A DNA stretch of 64,000 nt from the NCBI GenBank assembly GCA_050260015.1, contig JBLNBN010000030.1, forward strand, positions 64,815 to 128,814, in the 5' to 3' direction. Made by a program: the position numbers and the translations under genes. The notes under the pieces were generated by a model, which worked only from the letters and a program-made list of their open reading frames with translations, was not told the DNA's origin and made no database searches. This document shows, in pieces, positions 56,024-64,000 of this stretch. Every line of letters begins with the position of its first letter. Position 1 is the stretch's first letter. Source of the DNA: Chloroflexota bacterium (GTDB lineage Bacteria > Bacteroidota > Ignavibacteria > Kapaibacteriales > UBA2268).

Positions 56024-59000
56024 ATGAAGTACTTTAAACCGACGAACTGGGCGATCGAGCATAAAACGCCTATTTACATATTAACGATAATGATAACTAT
56101 CCTCGGAGCGATCGCTTATATAGGTTTGCCAAAAGAGCAGATGCCCGACATCGTAATTCCTACTATAGTCGTACAAACAATACATCCCGGCACCTCGCCG
56201 ACTGATATTGAAAACGTAGTTACGAGACCGATTGAGAAGCAATTAAAATCCGTCGCAGGAATCAAGAAAGTTACCAGTCAATCCATGGCGGACGTATCGG
56301 TAGTAGTCGTGGAATTTAAGACCGACGTTTCCCCGGTAACGGCGAAGCAACGGGTTAACGACGCAGTCGATAAGGCGAAGGCCGATTTACCGGACGACTT
56401 ATTAAGGGACCCGGACGTGGCGGAAATCGATTTCTCCGAATTCCCTATCATGTCTATCAATATTTCCGGGGACCTCGACCCAGCGCGCCTTAAGCTTTAT
56501 GCGGAGGAAATGCAGGATAAAATTGAAACATTCCGCGAGATCACGCGCGTCGATATTATCGGCGCGCCCGAGCGCGAATTCCAGGTTAACCTGGACTTAT
56601 TCAAAATGGCCGCCTCAGGACTTTCTTTCGACGACGTAGAACGCGCCTTGCGCTCTGAAAACGTAAACGTCAGCGGCGGAGAATTTGTAACCGGGGCCAC
56701 ACGTCGCAACGTTCGCCTGGTCGCTTCGCTAAAATCGGCGGACGACATAGCTTCGCTTTTAATTACGACTTCGACTGGAGCAAAAGTATATTTAAGGGAC
56801 GTCGGGGAAGTTAAGGACGCCTTTAAGGAGCAATTAAACTTTGCCCGGATGAACGGCAAATCCGTTATCTCCCTCTCCGTTATTAAGAAGAGCGGCCAAA
56901 ACTTAATTGAAGCCGCAGACAAGATATCCGCATATATAAATACATTCCGCGAGGAACGACTTCCGAAAGGCGTTACAATTGATATTACGAACGATATGTC
57001 CCAGGAGACCCGCACAACCCTTTCGGACTTGATAAATACGGTAATCATAGGCTTTATACTCGTTACGATTATCTTAATGTTCTTCCTTGGACTGCGCGAT
57101 TCCGTGTTCGTGGCGCTTTCGGTGCCGCTTTCCTCGCTGCTGGCCATACTTGTCATGCCGACAATTGGATTTACATTCAATATGATCGTTATGTTCTCCT
57201 TCATCATGGCGCTCGGCATAATTGTAGACGATGCCATAGTGGTTATAGAAAACACGCACAGGCTCTACACGAAGGAGAATATCGAGATTAAGGAGGCGGC
57301 GAAGCTTGCGGCAGGCGAGGTCTTCGTGCCGGTTTTAACGGGTACGATGACGACCCTCGCCCCGTTCTTTCCCCTATTGTTCTTCCCGGGCATCGTCGGT
57401 AAGTTCATGTACTTTCTCCCGGTAATTCTTATCCTTACGCTGACGGCTTCGCTGGTTGTAGCTTACATTATTAATCCTATGCTCGCGGCCGAGTTTATGG
57501 GCAAGAAGCTAAAGATAAACCATCCGCGTCGGCGTCACTATATGGCGGCAACATTCGTTGGGCTTGGCATATTGCTTCACATCGGCGGTGTTCCGGGCAT
57601 AGCGAATTTCTTTATTATGCTCGCAATACTCGGCTATACGGAGAAATATTTCTTAACCCCTGTCCTGATCAAGAGATTCCAGGAAAAGGTGCAGCCGGCG
57701 ATGATGCGCGCTTACCGCAAAACGCTACAGGTCGCGCTCCATGGAAAGAATCCGTACAAGGTATTCTTCGGCACAGGCTTGCTCTTGATCGTAGTTTTTA
57801 TATTTTTCGGACTATTCCCGCCTAAGATCCAGTTCTTCTCGGAGGGGCAGCCGGACTACATTTACGCATATATTAAAATGCCCATAGGCACGGACGCAGT
57901 CGTCACTGATTCAGTAACCAGAGTCGTGGAAAAGAGAATATCCAACGTATTTAAAAACGACAGGCATTTAGTTAAGTCTATTATATCTAATGTTGGTTTG
58001 GGCGCCGGCGACCCGTATAACCCGGACAGAACCGTTCAACCGCATAAGGGTAAGGTCACAGTTTCTTTTGTCGACTTCGAGGAGCGCATCGGCGTATCTA
58101 CGAAGAAGTACATGGACGACATTCGAAAAGCTGTGCGTAATATGCCCGGCGTTGAAATCCTGGTCGACGTTCCCCAAGGGGGACCGCCCACCGGCAAGCC
58201 AATTAATATAGAAATATCCGGCGACGATCTCGATTCGCTTCTATCGATCGAGAAGCAATTGCGCTCGGCAATTACAAGGAACGGCGTCGGAGGCATTGAA
58301 AAGCTGAAATCGGATATTCAGCTAAAGAAACCCGAAATCGTGCTTGAGATAGATCGCGCGAGGGCTAATACCTACGGGCTTTCAGCCGGCCAAATCGGCA
58401 TGGCTCTCCGCGCCGCGGTGTTTGGTCGCGAGGCGACTAAGATACGCGACGACAAGGACGAATACCCGATTCAAATTAGATTAAACGAATACTATCGCGA
58501 AAATTTAGAAACCGTGCTAAACATGCCTATTTCCTTCCGCGATATGAATTCAGGTCAATTCAAGCAAGTGCCGATTTCTGCCGTCGTGACAGTCAAGTAT
58601 GGAACGACATACGAATCCATCATTCGCAAAAACCAAAAGCGGACGATAACGCTCTCCTCTAGCGTGTTGCTGGGCTACAACGCGAACGATATTAATAAGC
58701 AGATTGCGGCGATAGTTCCTACGCTCGATCTGCCTAAAGACTACGCAATCAACCTAACTGGCGAAGCCGAGGATATGCAGGAAGCATCGAACTTCCTTAT
58801 GATGGCGTTTATTATCGCCATTGGACTTGTGATCGTGATATTAGTTACCCAGTTCAATTCGCTTAGCAAAACGTTTATTATCATATCGCAGGTTGTATTC
58901 TCGACCATCGGCGTTTTCCTGGGATTCATGATCTTTAGATTGAATTTCTCCATCGTTCTGACAGGCATTGGCGTTATCGCGTTAATCGGTATCGTTGTGC

Positions 59001-59407
59001 GAAATGGAATCGTGCTGGTAGACTTTATCGATCTCTTTCACAATGACGAAGGCGGCAGCTTACGTAAGGCTATCATCCACGGGGGCGCAACAAGATTCAA
59101 CCCTGTGGCGTTGACGGCTCTGTCTGCGATACTTGGCATGGTGCCGCTCGCGATAGGCTTAAACGTTAACTTTGCGACTTTCTTTACCGAACTAAACCCG
59201 CACATGTACATCGGCGGCTTCACGGCGGACTTTTGGGGGCCTTTGGCCTGGGCTATTATCTTTGGATTGATCTTCGCGACTTTCCTTACCCTCGTAGTCG
59301 TGCCTTGTATGTATTACATGCAATATGCGTATACGGTAACTCAAAAACGCAAGAAGGACTTAAAATTCCGACGCGAGGCAAAGAAATACGGCACGCATTG
59401 GGTTTAA
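56024..59407 (+). CDS. RND efflux transporter permease (AcrB/AcrD/AcrF family)
   Basis: LGIIVDDAIVVIEN, GIVVRNGIVLVD and RFNPVALT. Confidence 0.95.
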   Translation: MKYFKPTNWAIEHKTPIYILTIMITILGAIAYIGLPKEQMPDIVIPTIVVQTIHPGTSPTDIENVVTRPIEKQLKSVAGIKKVTSQSMADVSVVVVEFKTDVSPVTAKQRVNDAVDKAKADLPDDLLRDPDVAEIDFSEFPIMSINISGDLDPARLKLYAEEMQDKIETFREITRVDIIGAPEREFQVNLDLFKMAASGLSFDDVERALRSENVNVSGGEFVTGATRRNVRLVASLKSADDIASLLITTSTGAKVYLRDVGEVKDAFKEQLNFARMNGKSVISLSVIKKSGQNLIEAADKISAYINTFREERLPKGVTIDITNDMSQETRTTLSDLINTVIIGFILVTIILMFFLGLRDSVFVALSVPLSSLLAILVMPTIGFTFNMIVMFSFIMALGIIVDDAIVVIENTHRLYTKENIEIKEAAKLAAGEVFVPVLTGTMTTLAPFFPLLFFPGIVGKFMYFLPVILILTLTASLVVAYIINPMLAAEFMGKKLKINHPRRRHYMAATFVGLGILLHIGGVPGIANFFIMLAILGYTEKYFLTPVLIKRFQEKVQPAMMRAYRKTLQVALHGKNPYKVFFGTGLLLIVVFIFFGLFPPKIQFFSEGQPDYIYAYIKMPIGTDAVVTDSVTRVVEKRISNVFKNDRHLVKSIISNVGLGAGDPYNPDRTVQPHKGKVTVSFVDFEERIGVSTKKYMDDIRKAVRNMPGVEILVDVPQGGPPTGKPINIEISGDDLDSLLSIEKQLRSAITRNGVGGIEKLKSDIQLKKPEIVLEIDRARANTYGLSAGQIGMALRAAVFGREATKIRDDKDEYPIQIRLNEYYRENLETVLNMPISFRDMNSGQFKQVPISAVVTVKYGTTYESIIRKNQKRTITLSSSVLLGYNANDINKQIAAIVPTLDLPKDYAINLTGEAEDMQEASNFLMMAFIIAIGLVIVILVTQFNSLSKTFIIISQVVFSTIGVFLGFMIFRLNFSIVLTGIGVIALIGIVVRNGIVLVDFIDLFHNDEGGSLRKAIIHGGATRFNPVALTALSAILGMVPLAIGLNVNFATFFTELNPHMYIGGFTADFWGPLAWAIIFGLIFATFLTLVVVPCMYYMQYAYTVTQKRKKDLKFRREAKKYGTHWV

Positions 59408-59411
59408 TAAT

Positions 59412-60209
59412 ATGAGTATGAGACCCGTAAAAATTCAAGATATTAGCGCGCCGGAATTAGAGGCGTACCGAAGCTTAAAAGGAACGCCTAAATTCCATTC
59501 TGAAAGCGGAATATTTATCGCCGAAGGAAAGAAAGTAGTTTTGAAGCTATTGAATAGCCGTTTACAAACGATCTCGATCCTGGCGGTAGAAGAATTTTAC
59601 AAAGAGTACCAAGAGCTAATAGAGAACTCCGGCGTAAAGCCGGAGTTCTTATTTACTGCTGATAAGCCCGAGATAGAAAAAATAGTCGGGTTCAAGCTTC
59701 ACACAGGGATAATGGCTATCGGTAAGCAGCCCGGGCAAGCTACGCTCCGGGAGATGAATAGCCCGATATGCATTCTCTCGGGCGTCGTCGACTCGGAGAA
59801 TGTCGGGGCGATAGCCCGCAATTGCGCTGCTTTCGGCTGCGATTCTTTGATTATTGATCCTGCCTCCAGCAGTCCTTTTTTAAGGCGCGCCATACGGGTG
59901 TCCATGGGCGCGATCTTCGATATGAAGTATCTCCGGACTTCCGATTTGTCTAAAACTATTTTGGAATTAAAAAATCGGGAATTTGAAGTTATAGCCGCAG
60001 AGATATGCAAAGGATCCAAAAGTATATTAACTCATGAATTTCGTGAACGGAGAGCAATAATTTTCGGCTCGGAAAGTTTAGGAATTAGCCCGGAAATATT
60101 AAAAATCGCCGATAATGTGCTTCATATACCAATCACAGATAAAATACCTTCGATTAACGTCGCCGCGACGAGCGGAATTTTTCTTTTTTTTCTAAGAAAT
60201 AAATCATAA
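59412..60209 (+). CDS. TrmH/SpoU family RNA methyltransferase
   Basis: FIAEG, DSENVGAIAR, RVSMGA, FGSESLG and SINVA. Confidence 0.9.
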   Translation: MSMRPVKIQDISAPELEAYRSLKGTPKFHSESGIFIAEGKKVVLKLLNSRLQTISILAVEEFYKEYQELIENSGVKPEFLFTADKPEIEKIVGFKLHTGIMAIGKQPGQATLREMNSPICILSGVVDSENVGAIARNCAAFGCDSLIIDPASSSPFLRRAIRVSMGAIFDMKYLRTSDLSKTILELKNREFEVIAAEICKGSKSILTHEFRERRAIIFGSESLGISPEILKIADNVLHIPITDKIPSINVAATSGIFLFFLRNKS

Positions 60210-60243
60210 ATTTATACATTCAAAAGTAACGAACTGAAAAAAA

Positions 60244-61335
60244 ATGGTACTGCCCGGTAAATGGGAAGCGATCGACTTTTTAACCATATTCTTTCGCGCG
60301 CAAGGCAAATCGCTGTTGCTAAAGCAGCTTGTCGAAGAAAACGGCTCGCTGCAAATTCTCAACGAGAACCTGCATAAGTACAAAAAATTTCCCGTTCAAA
60401 GCTCCCTTTTCTTTGAAAATGAATCGCGTTCCCGTGCGGAAGACCAGGTAAAGCGCTGTAAGCGGCACGCCGTTAATATTGTCACAATTTGGGACGATAA
60501 GTATCCCCCGCTGCTCCGCCATATAGATTATCCTCCCGTAGCTTTATTTGTAAAGGGCGACGTTGACTTAACGAAACGTACGTCCATATCAATAGTAGGG
60601 ACCCGTCAAAACACCCTCTATGGCAAACATGTAGCCGAGAAATTCGTTGAAACGTTCGTCGAGAACGATATTGTTATCACGAGCGGTCTCGCGAACGGTA
60701 TAGATTCTATAGCCCATTATTTTACTGTAAAGGCCGGCGGAACGACAATCGCCGTTATAGCGTCCGGCTTGGACGAGATGATGACGACCTCGAAGAAAAT
60801 GACCGAGCGAATAATCGAAGGCGGCGGGGCGGTTTACACCGAGTATCCCTGCGGAACTATCGCCCGACCTGGGCATTTTCCTCAACGCAATCGAATTATC
60901 AGCGGCGTTTCGGTGGCGACGCTCGTCGTGGAGAGCGACGTGCGCGGAGGTTCGCTAATAACGGCCAGGTTCGCATTCGAGCAAAACCGCGAGGTCTTCG
61001 CGGTGCCCGGCCCGATATTTTCCGCGAAGTCGTCGGGGACTAACGAATTAATTAAAAAGAACGCTGCGCAGGCCGCTACCTCGCCCAGAGGCGTACTTGA
61101 GGATCTTAGAATACTTCAGCCCAAAATATTGACCGACCTGAAGCAAGAGCTGAAATTCGATAATAAAGTCGCTGAAACAATTTACGCGCTCCTCTCCGGA
61201 GGCGCTTTAAGGATAGACGAATTGGCGGATCAATCCGACATTAACATATCCGAGCTGAATTCGAAATTAATCGAGATGGAACTTGAAGGGATTATTAAGC
61301 AAATGCCCGGCAAGTTCTATATTAGAAATACATAA
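60244..61335 (+). CDS. dprA: DNA-processing protein DprA
   Basis: IVGTR, TSGLANGID, FPQRNRIISG, GGSLITA and REVFAVPG. Confidence 0.95.
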   Translation: MVLPGKWEAIDFLTIFFRAQGKSLLLKQLVEENGSLQILNENLHKYKKFPVQSSLFFENESRSRAEDQVKRCKRHAVNIVTIWDDKYPPLLRHIDYPPVALFVKGDVDLTKRTSISIVGTRQNTLYGKHVAEKFVETFVENDIVITSGLANGIDSIAHYFTVKAGGTTIAVIASGLDEMMTTSKKMTERIIEGGGAVYTEYPCGTIARPGHFPQRNRIISGVSVATLVVESDVRGGSLITARFAFEQNREVFAVPGPIFSAKSSGTNELIKKNAAQAATSPRGVLEDLRILQPKILTDLKQELKFDNKVAETIYALLSGGALRIDELADQSDINISELNSKLIEMELEGIIKQMPGKFYIRNT

Positions 61336-61362
61336 TAGTATGTTCAACAATGAGATAAAGAA

Positions 61363-62358
61363 ATGCCGGAACCTAACGCGTTTCAGATTGAGTACGATAG
61401 ATTATTGGAATTGATTGAGGCCAAATTAGAGGAATTCGTAGACGATTCCGAACCCGCTTCTCTTTACGAGCCGTTTAAATATATTATGCAAGGCAGAGGC
61501 AAAAGAATCCGTCCCGCGTTAACGTTATTAGCCTGCGGCGCGATTAACTCCGAACCTACCGACGCATTAGCCGCAGGTTGCGCCCTGGAAGTGCTCCACA
61601 ATTTTACTTTAGTGCACGACGACATAATGGATAAGTCCCCTATGCGCCGGGGCCGGGAGACTATTCATACGAAGTGGGACGAATCCGTGGCTATTCTCTC
61701 CGGCGATATGATGGTCGGTTGGGCATACAGGTTCCTGTGCGAACACAGCTCTTCTCCACGCTTCTCAGCCGTGGTCGAAGCGTTTACGGACGGACTGATC
61801 GAAGTATGCGAGGGACAGGGCTACGACATGCAAATCGGCTCCGGCAGCGAAGTTAATCTTGACGATTATATCTTAATGATCGAAAAGAAGACCTCCCGCC
61901 TGCTGCAGAGCGCGGTAAAAATGGGGGCAAACCTTGCGGGAGCGACCCAGGAGCAGATCGAGGCGCTCGATAATTTCGCCCGCAGCGTCGGCATCGCTTT
62001 CCAGATACAGGATGATCTGCTGGACATGATCGCAGAGCAATCCAAATTCGGCAAGAAGATCGGACAGGACGTTTTCGACGGCAAGAAGACGTATTTAATT
62101 ATAAAAGCCTCCTCCAGCGATCTAAGCGAGGACGATCGTTCGCTGCTCGATAAGTTCTTTACGCTAAACAGCCTCCCCGAGGAAGACCTCCCTGCGCTGC
62201 ATGATCTATTCGAAAGAAACGGCATATACAACGACGCGGAAACAGAGGCCAAACGCTGGTTCGATATAGCTAATGACAGCCTCGACGAGCTTCCCGAGGG
62301 ATTTTATCGAAACATGTTGGGCTGGCTCGTAGATAATTTGAACACGAGAAAATATTGA
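61363..62358 (+). CDS. Polyprenyl diphosphate synthase
   Basis: GKRIRP, LVHDDIMD..RRG and FQIQDDLLD. Confidence 0.93.
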   Translation: MPEPNAFQIEYDRLLELIEAKLEEFVDDSEPASLYEPFKYIMQGRGKRIRPALTLLACGAINSEPTDALAAGCALEVLHNFTLVHDDIMDKSPMRRGRETIHTKWDESVAILSGDMMVGWAYRFLCEHSSSPRFSAVVEAFTDGLIEVCEGQGYDMQIGSGSEVNLDDYILMIEKKTSRLLQSAVKMGANLAGATQEQIEALDNFARSVGIAFQIQDDLLDMIAEQSKFGKKIGQDVFDGKKTYLIIKASSSDLSEDDRSLLDKFFTLNSLPEEDLPALHDLFERNGIYNDAETEAKRWFDIANDSLDELPEGFYRNMLGWLVDNLNTRKY

Positions 62359-62397
62359 TCAGATTTAAAAAAAACCTGATGAAATCTAATTTTTTTC

Positions 62398-62428
62398 TTT
62401 GGTAATTTGTGAAAACTTCGTATTTTTG
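62398..62428 (+). promoter_or_regulatory. Bacteroidota-type housekeeping promoter of rpsT (TTTG-N19-TATTTTTG)
   Basis: TTTG at 62398-62401 and TAnnTTTG at 62421-62428. Confidence 0.6.
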
Positions 62429-62473
62429 TACTCTAATTTAATGGCAATTATTAATAAACGATTTGCGGATTAA

Positions 62474-62734
62474 ATGGCACATCATAAATCAGCGTTAAAG
62501 AGAATTAGGCAGTCGAACAAGCGCCGCCTTTACAACAGATTGAACAAGAAGCTCTATAAAGAAGCTCTTAAATCGGTACGCAATGCAAAGGCCGGCGAAG
62601 ATATGGCGGCTAAATTGAGCGCGGCAGTCCGCGTTCTGGATAAAGTTGCCGCTCGCGGCGTTATCCATAAAAATAAAGCGGCAAACTTGAAATCGTCCTT
62701 GGCTAAGCACGTTAACAAGCTGCAATCCGCTTAA
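62474..62734 (+). CDS. rpsT: 30S ribosomal protein S20
   Basis: MAHHKSALKRIRQS...GVIHKNKAANLKS. Confidence 0.97.
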   Translation: MAHHKSALKRIRQSNKRRLYNRLNKKLYKEALKSVRNAKAGEDMAAKLSAAVRVLDKVAARGVIHKNKAANLKSSLAKHVNKLQSA

Positions 62735-62750
62735 TACAAAGTTTTTGGAC

Positions 62751-62824
62751 GCACCCGTAGCTCAATTGGATAGAGCACCTGACTACGGATCAGGAGGTTT
62801 GGGGTTCGAATCCCTACGGGTGTA
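62751..62824 (+). tRNA. tRNA-Arg (anticodon ACG), CCA not encoded
   Basis: GCACCCG...CCTGA-CTACGGA-TCAGG...GGTTCGAATCC...CGGGTGT-A cloverleaf. Confidence 0.96.
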
Positions 62825-62825
62825 C

Positions 62826-62860
62826 AAAAGCCGTAAATCATTTGATTTACGGCTTTTTTT
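62826..62860 (+). terminator. Intrinsic terminator after tRNA-Arg
   Basis: AAAAGCCGTAAATCA-tt-TGATTTACGGCTTTTTTT. Confidence 0.8.
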
Positions 62861-62988
62861 ATTCTCCTATTTCCCTTCTAAAATATAATAAACCTATTAC
62901 ACGTTTATTACTCTATAATGAAAGCATAATGAAAATTCTTATTTAAGAAGATAGCAAATAAGTATAGAGACATCAATAGGAGAACGCA

Positions 62989-63522
62989 ATGAATTCCAAC
63001 CCGAATAACCCGACGCTGAAAACACGGGAGAATCTGATAGATTGGCTCAAGGACGCTCACGCCATGGAGCAGCAAGCCATCGAAATCCTGGAAAAGCAAA
63101 GAGATAGATTGGAGAATTACCCAGAGGCCAAAATACGGATTGCGCAACACGTCGAGGAGAGCAAAAAGCAAGCCGAGAGAGTAGCAAGCTGCATCGAGAT
63201 GCTCGACGGCGGCGCATCCACAATGAAGGATACAATTGGAAAAGTGTCGGGAAATATTTCCGCAATGATGAACGCAATGGCCACCGACGAAGTAGTAAAG
63301 AACGCAATTGCAAACTATTCTTTCGAGCACTTTGAAATAGCTTGTTATAAATCGCTTATAGAGGCCGCTCGGGAGGTTGGCGAGGACCATGTCGCAAGGG
63401 TTTGCGAACAAAATTTAAATGAAGAGATTGAAATGGCTAAATGGTGCGAGCAGAATCTCCCCATTATTACGAAGGAGTTCTTGCACCGTGACGAAATGGA
63501 TTCTGAAACTGCTAAGCGATAA
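62989..63522 (+). CDS. DUF892 ferritin-like protein (YciE-like)
   Basis: WLKDAHAMEQQA, YSFEHFEIACY and EEIEMA; AGGAG RBS. Confidence 0.9.
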   Translation: MNSNPNNPTLKTRENLIDWLKDAHAMEQQAIEILEKQRDRLENYPEAKIRIAQHVEESKKQAERVASCIEMLDGGASTMKDTIGKVSGNISAMMNAMATDEVVKNAIANYSFEHFEIACYKSLIEAAREVGEDHVARVCEQNLNEEIEMAKWCEQNLPIITKEFLHRDEMDSETAKR

Positions 63523-63541
63523 AACGCTGAGGGCTCAAAAG

Positions 63542-63573
63542 AAGACGCCCGCGCTTCGGCGCGGGCGTTTTTT
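63542..63573. terminator. Bidirectional intrinsic terminator
   Basis: ACGCCCGCGC-TTCG-GCGCGGGCGTTTTT. Confidence 0.8.
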
Positions 63574-63583
63574 ATTTACGGCG

Positions 63584-64000
63584 CTAATATACGAATTGTA
63601 ATTCCTTCTGCGGCGTGCGGCAATCCATGTCGGTACCGCGATCCCTATGGTCGATTATTTCGGCGGTAACCCCGACGGCACGCCCGGTCAGGAACAATAT
63701 AAATACAAGATCCTGGATATGCTGCTTGGTAAATCTTCCTTTACTGTAGTCTTCCCAGAGCAACTTCAAGGATATGACGGAGATAACGGCGTCGACGTTT
63801 ACACAGAATACGTTCCTGGTTACTCCCTCGTTAAAGAGCTCATTAACGAGGCTATGGTAGAACTCGAGGAATATATTATAGATATTGTGGGACTTCAGCT
63901 CTTTGCGCACATAGTCCTCGCGGGGATCGATATTGACGTCGTTGCCCTTGAAAACGGGATGATTGACGCAAGGTATCTTGCTCGTATTCAACGCGCCCAG
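63584..64000 (-). CDS. C-terminal part of a citrate synthase/citryl-CoA lyase-fold protein (5' end outside the window)
   Basis: IPCVNHPVFKG..DPRE, NVDAVIS and GRAVGVTAEIIDH; frame open to the window edge. Confidence 0.75.
   Translation of the reverse strand: MGALNTSKIPCVNHPVFKGNDVNIDPREDYVRKELKSHNIYNIFLEFYHSLVNELFNEGVTRNVFCVNVDAVISVISLKLLWEDYSKGRFTKQHIQDLVFILFLTGRAVGVTAEIIDHRDRGTDMDCRTPQKELQFVY

Noticed and set aside
56497-57255. 252-aa minus-strand ORF, and similar shadows at 13304-13807, 46426-47109, 48122-48664 and 62908-63411
   Set aside because: Each is antisense to a confidently identified gene.
62826-63540. Integrative element at tRNA-Arg
   Set aside because: No integrase or duplicated tRNA 3' end was seen; only a DUF892 gene follows.

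Overview
This is a mostly core chromosomal window from an FCB-group bacterium. T9SS C-terminal sorting domains and Bacteroidota-type TAnnTTTG promoter boxes suggest Ignavibacteria or Ca. Kapabacteria; the taxon is inferred. Bases 1-12 kb look accessory: the probable 3' end of a tRNA-His, a 59-aa zinc-ribbon gene missing from the ORF track, an internally deleted T9SS-cargo pseudogene, a lipoprotein, a 900-bp mosaic of REP-like hairpins and four large BNR/beta-propeller T9SS cargo genes. Bases 12-64 kb are largely housekeeping: serA/DUF1015, a hybrid kinase, an ECF sigma, mutS2, rodZ, a CoA-activase fusion, pdxH, a PPDK-like/nucleotidyltransferase fusion, split transketolase, pruA, dapF, suhB, Wza/Wzz-like genes, recG, a PTPS, folE, rnhB, pyrC, purL, a TetR-TolC-RND efflux locus, dprA, rpsT, tRNA-Arg(ACG), a DUF892 gene and a partial citryl-CoA lyase-like gene. 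The best candidate for an undescribed system is at 42.3-44.3 kb: two tandem, non-enzymatic T9SS cargo proteins built from Cys-containing DxDxDG calcium-loop repeats and Met/Arg/His-rich repeats, each with a conserved ECF-type promoter and terminator. No CRISPR array, integrase, transposase or reverse transcriptase was seen. All calls come from reading motifs; no database search was run.
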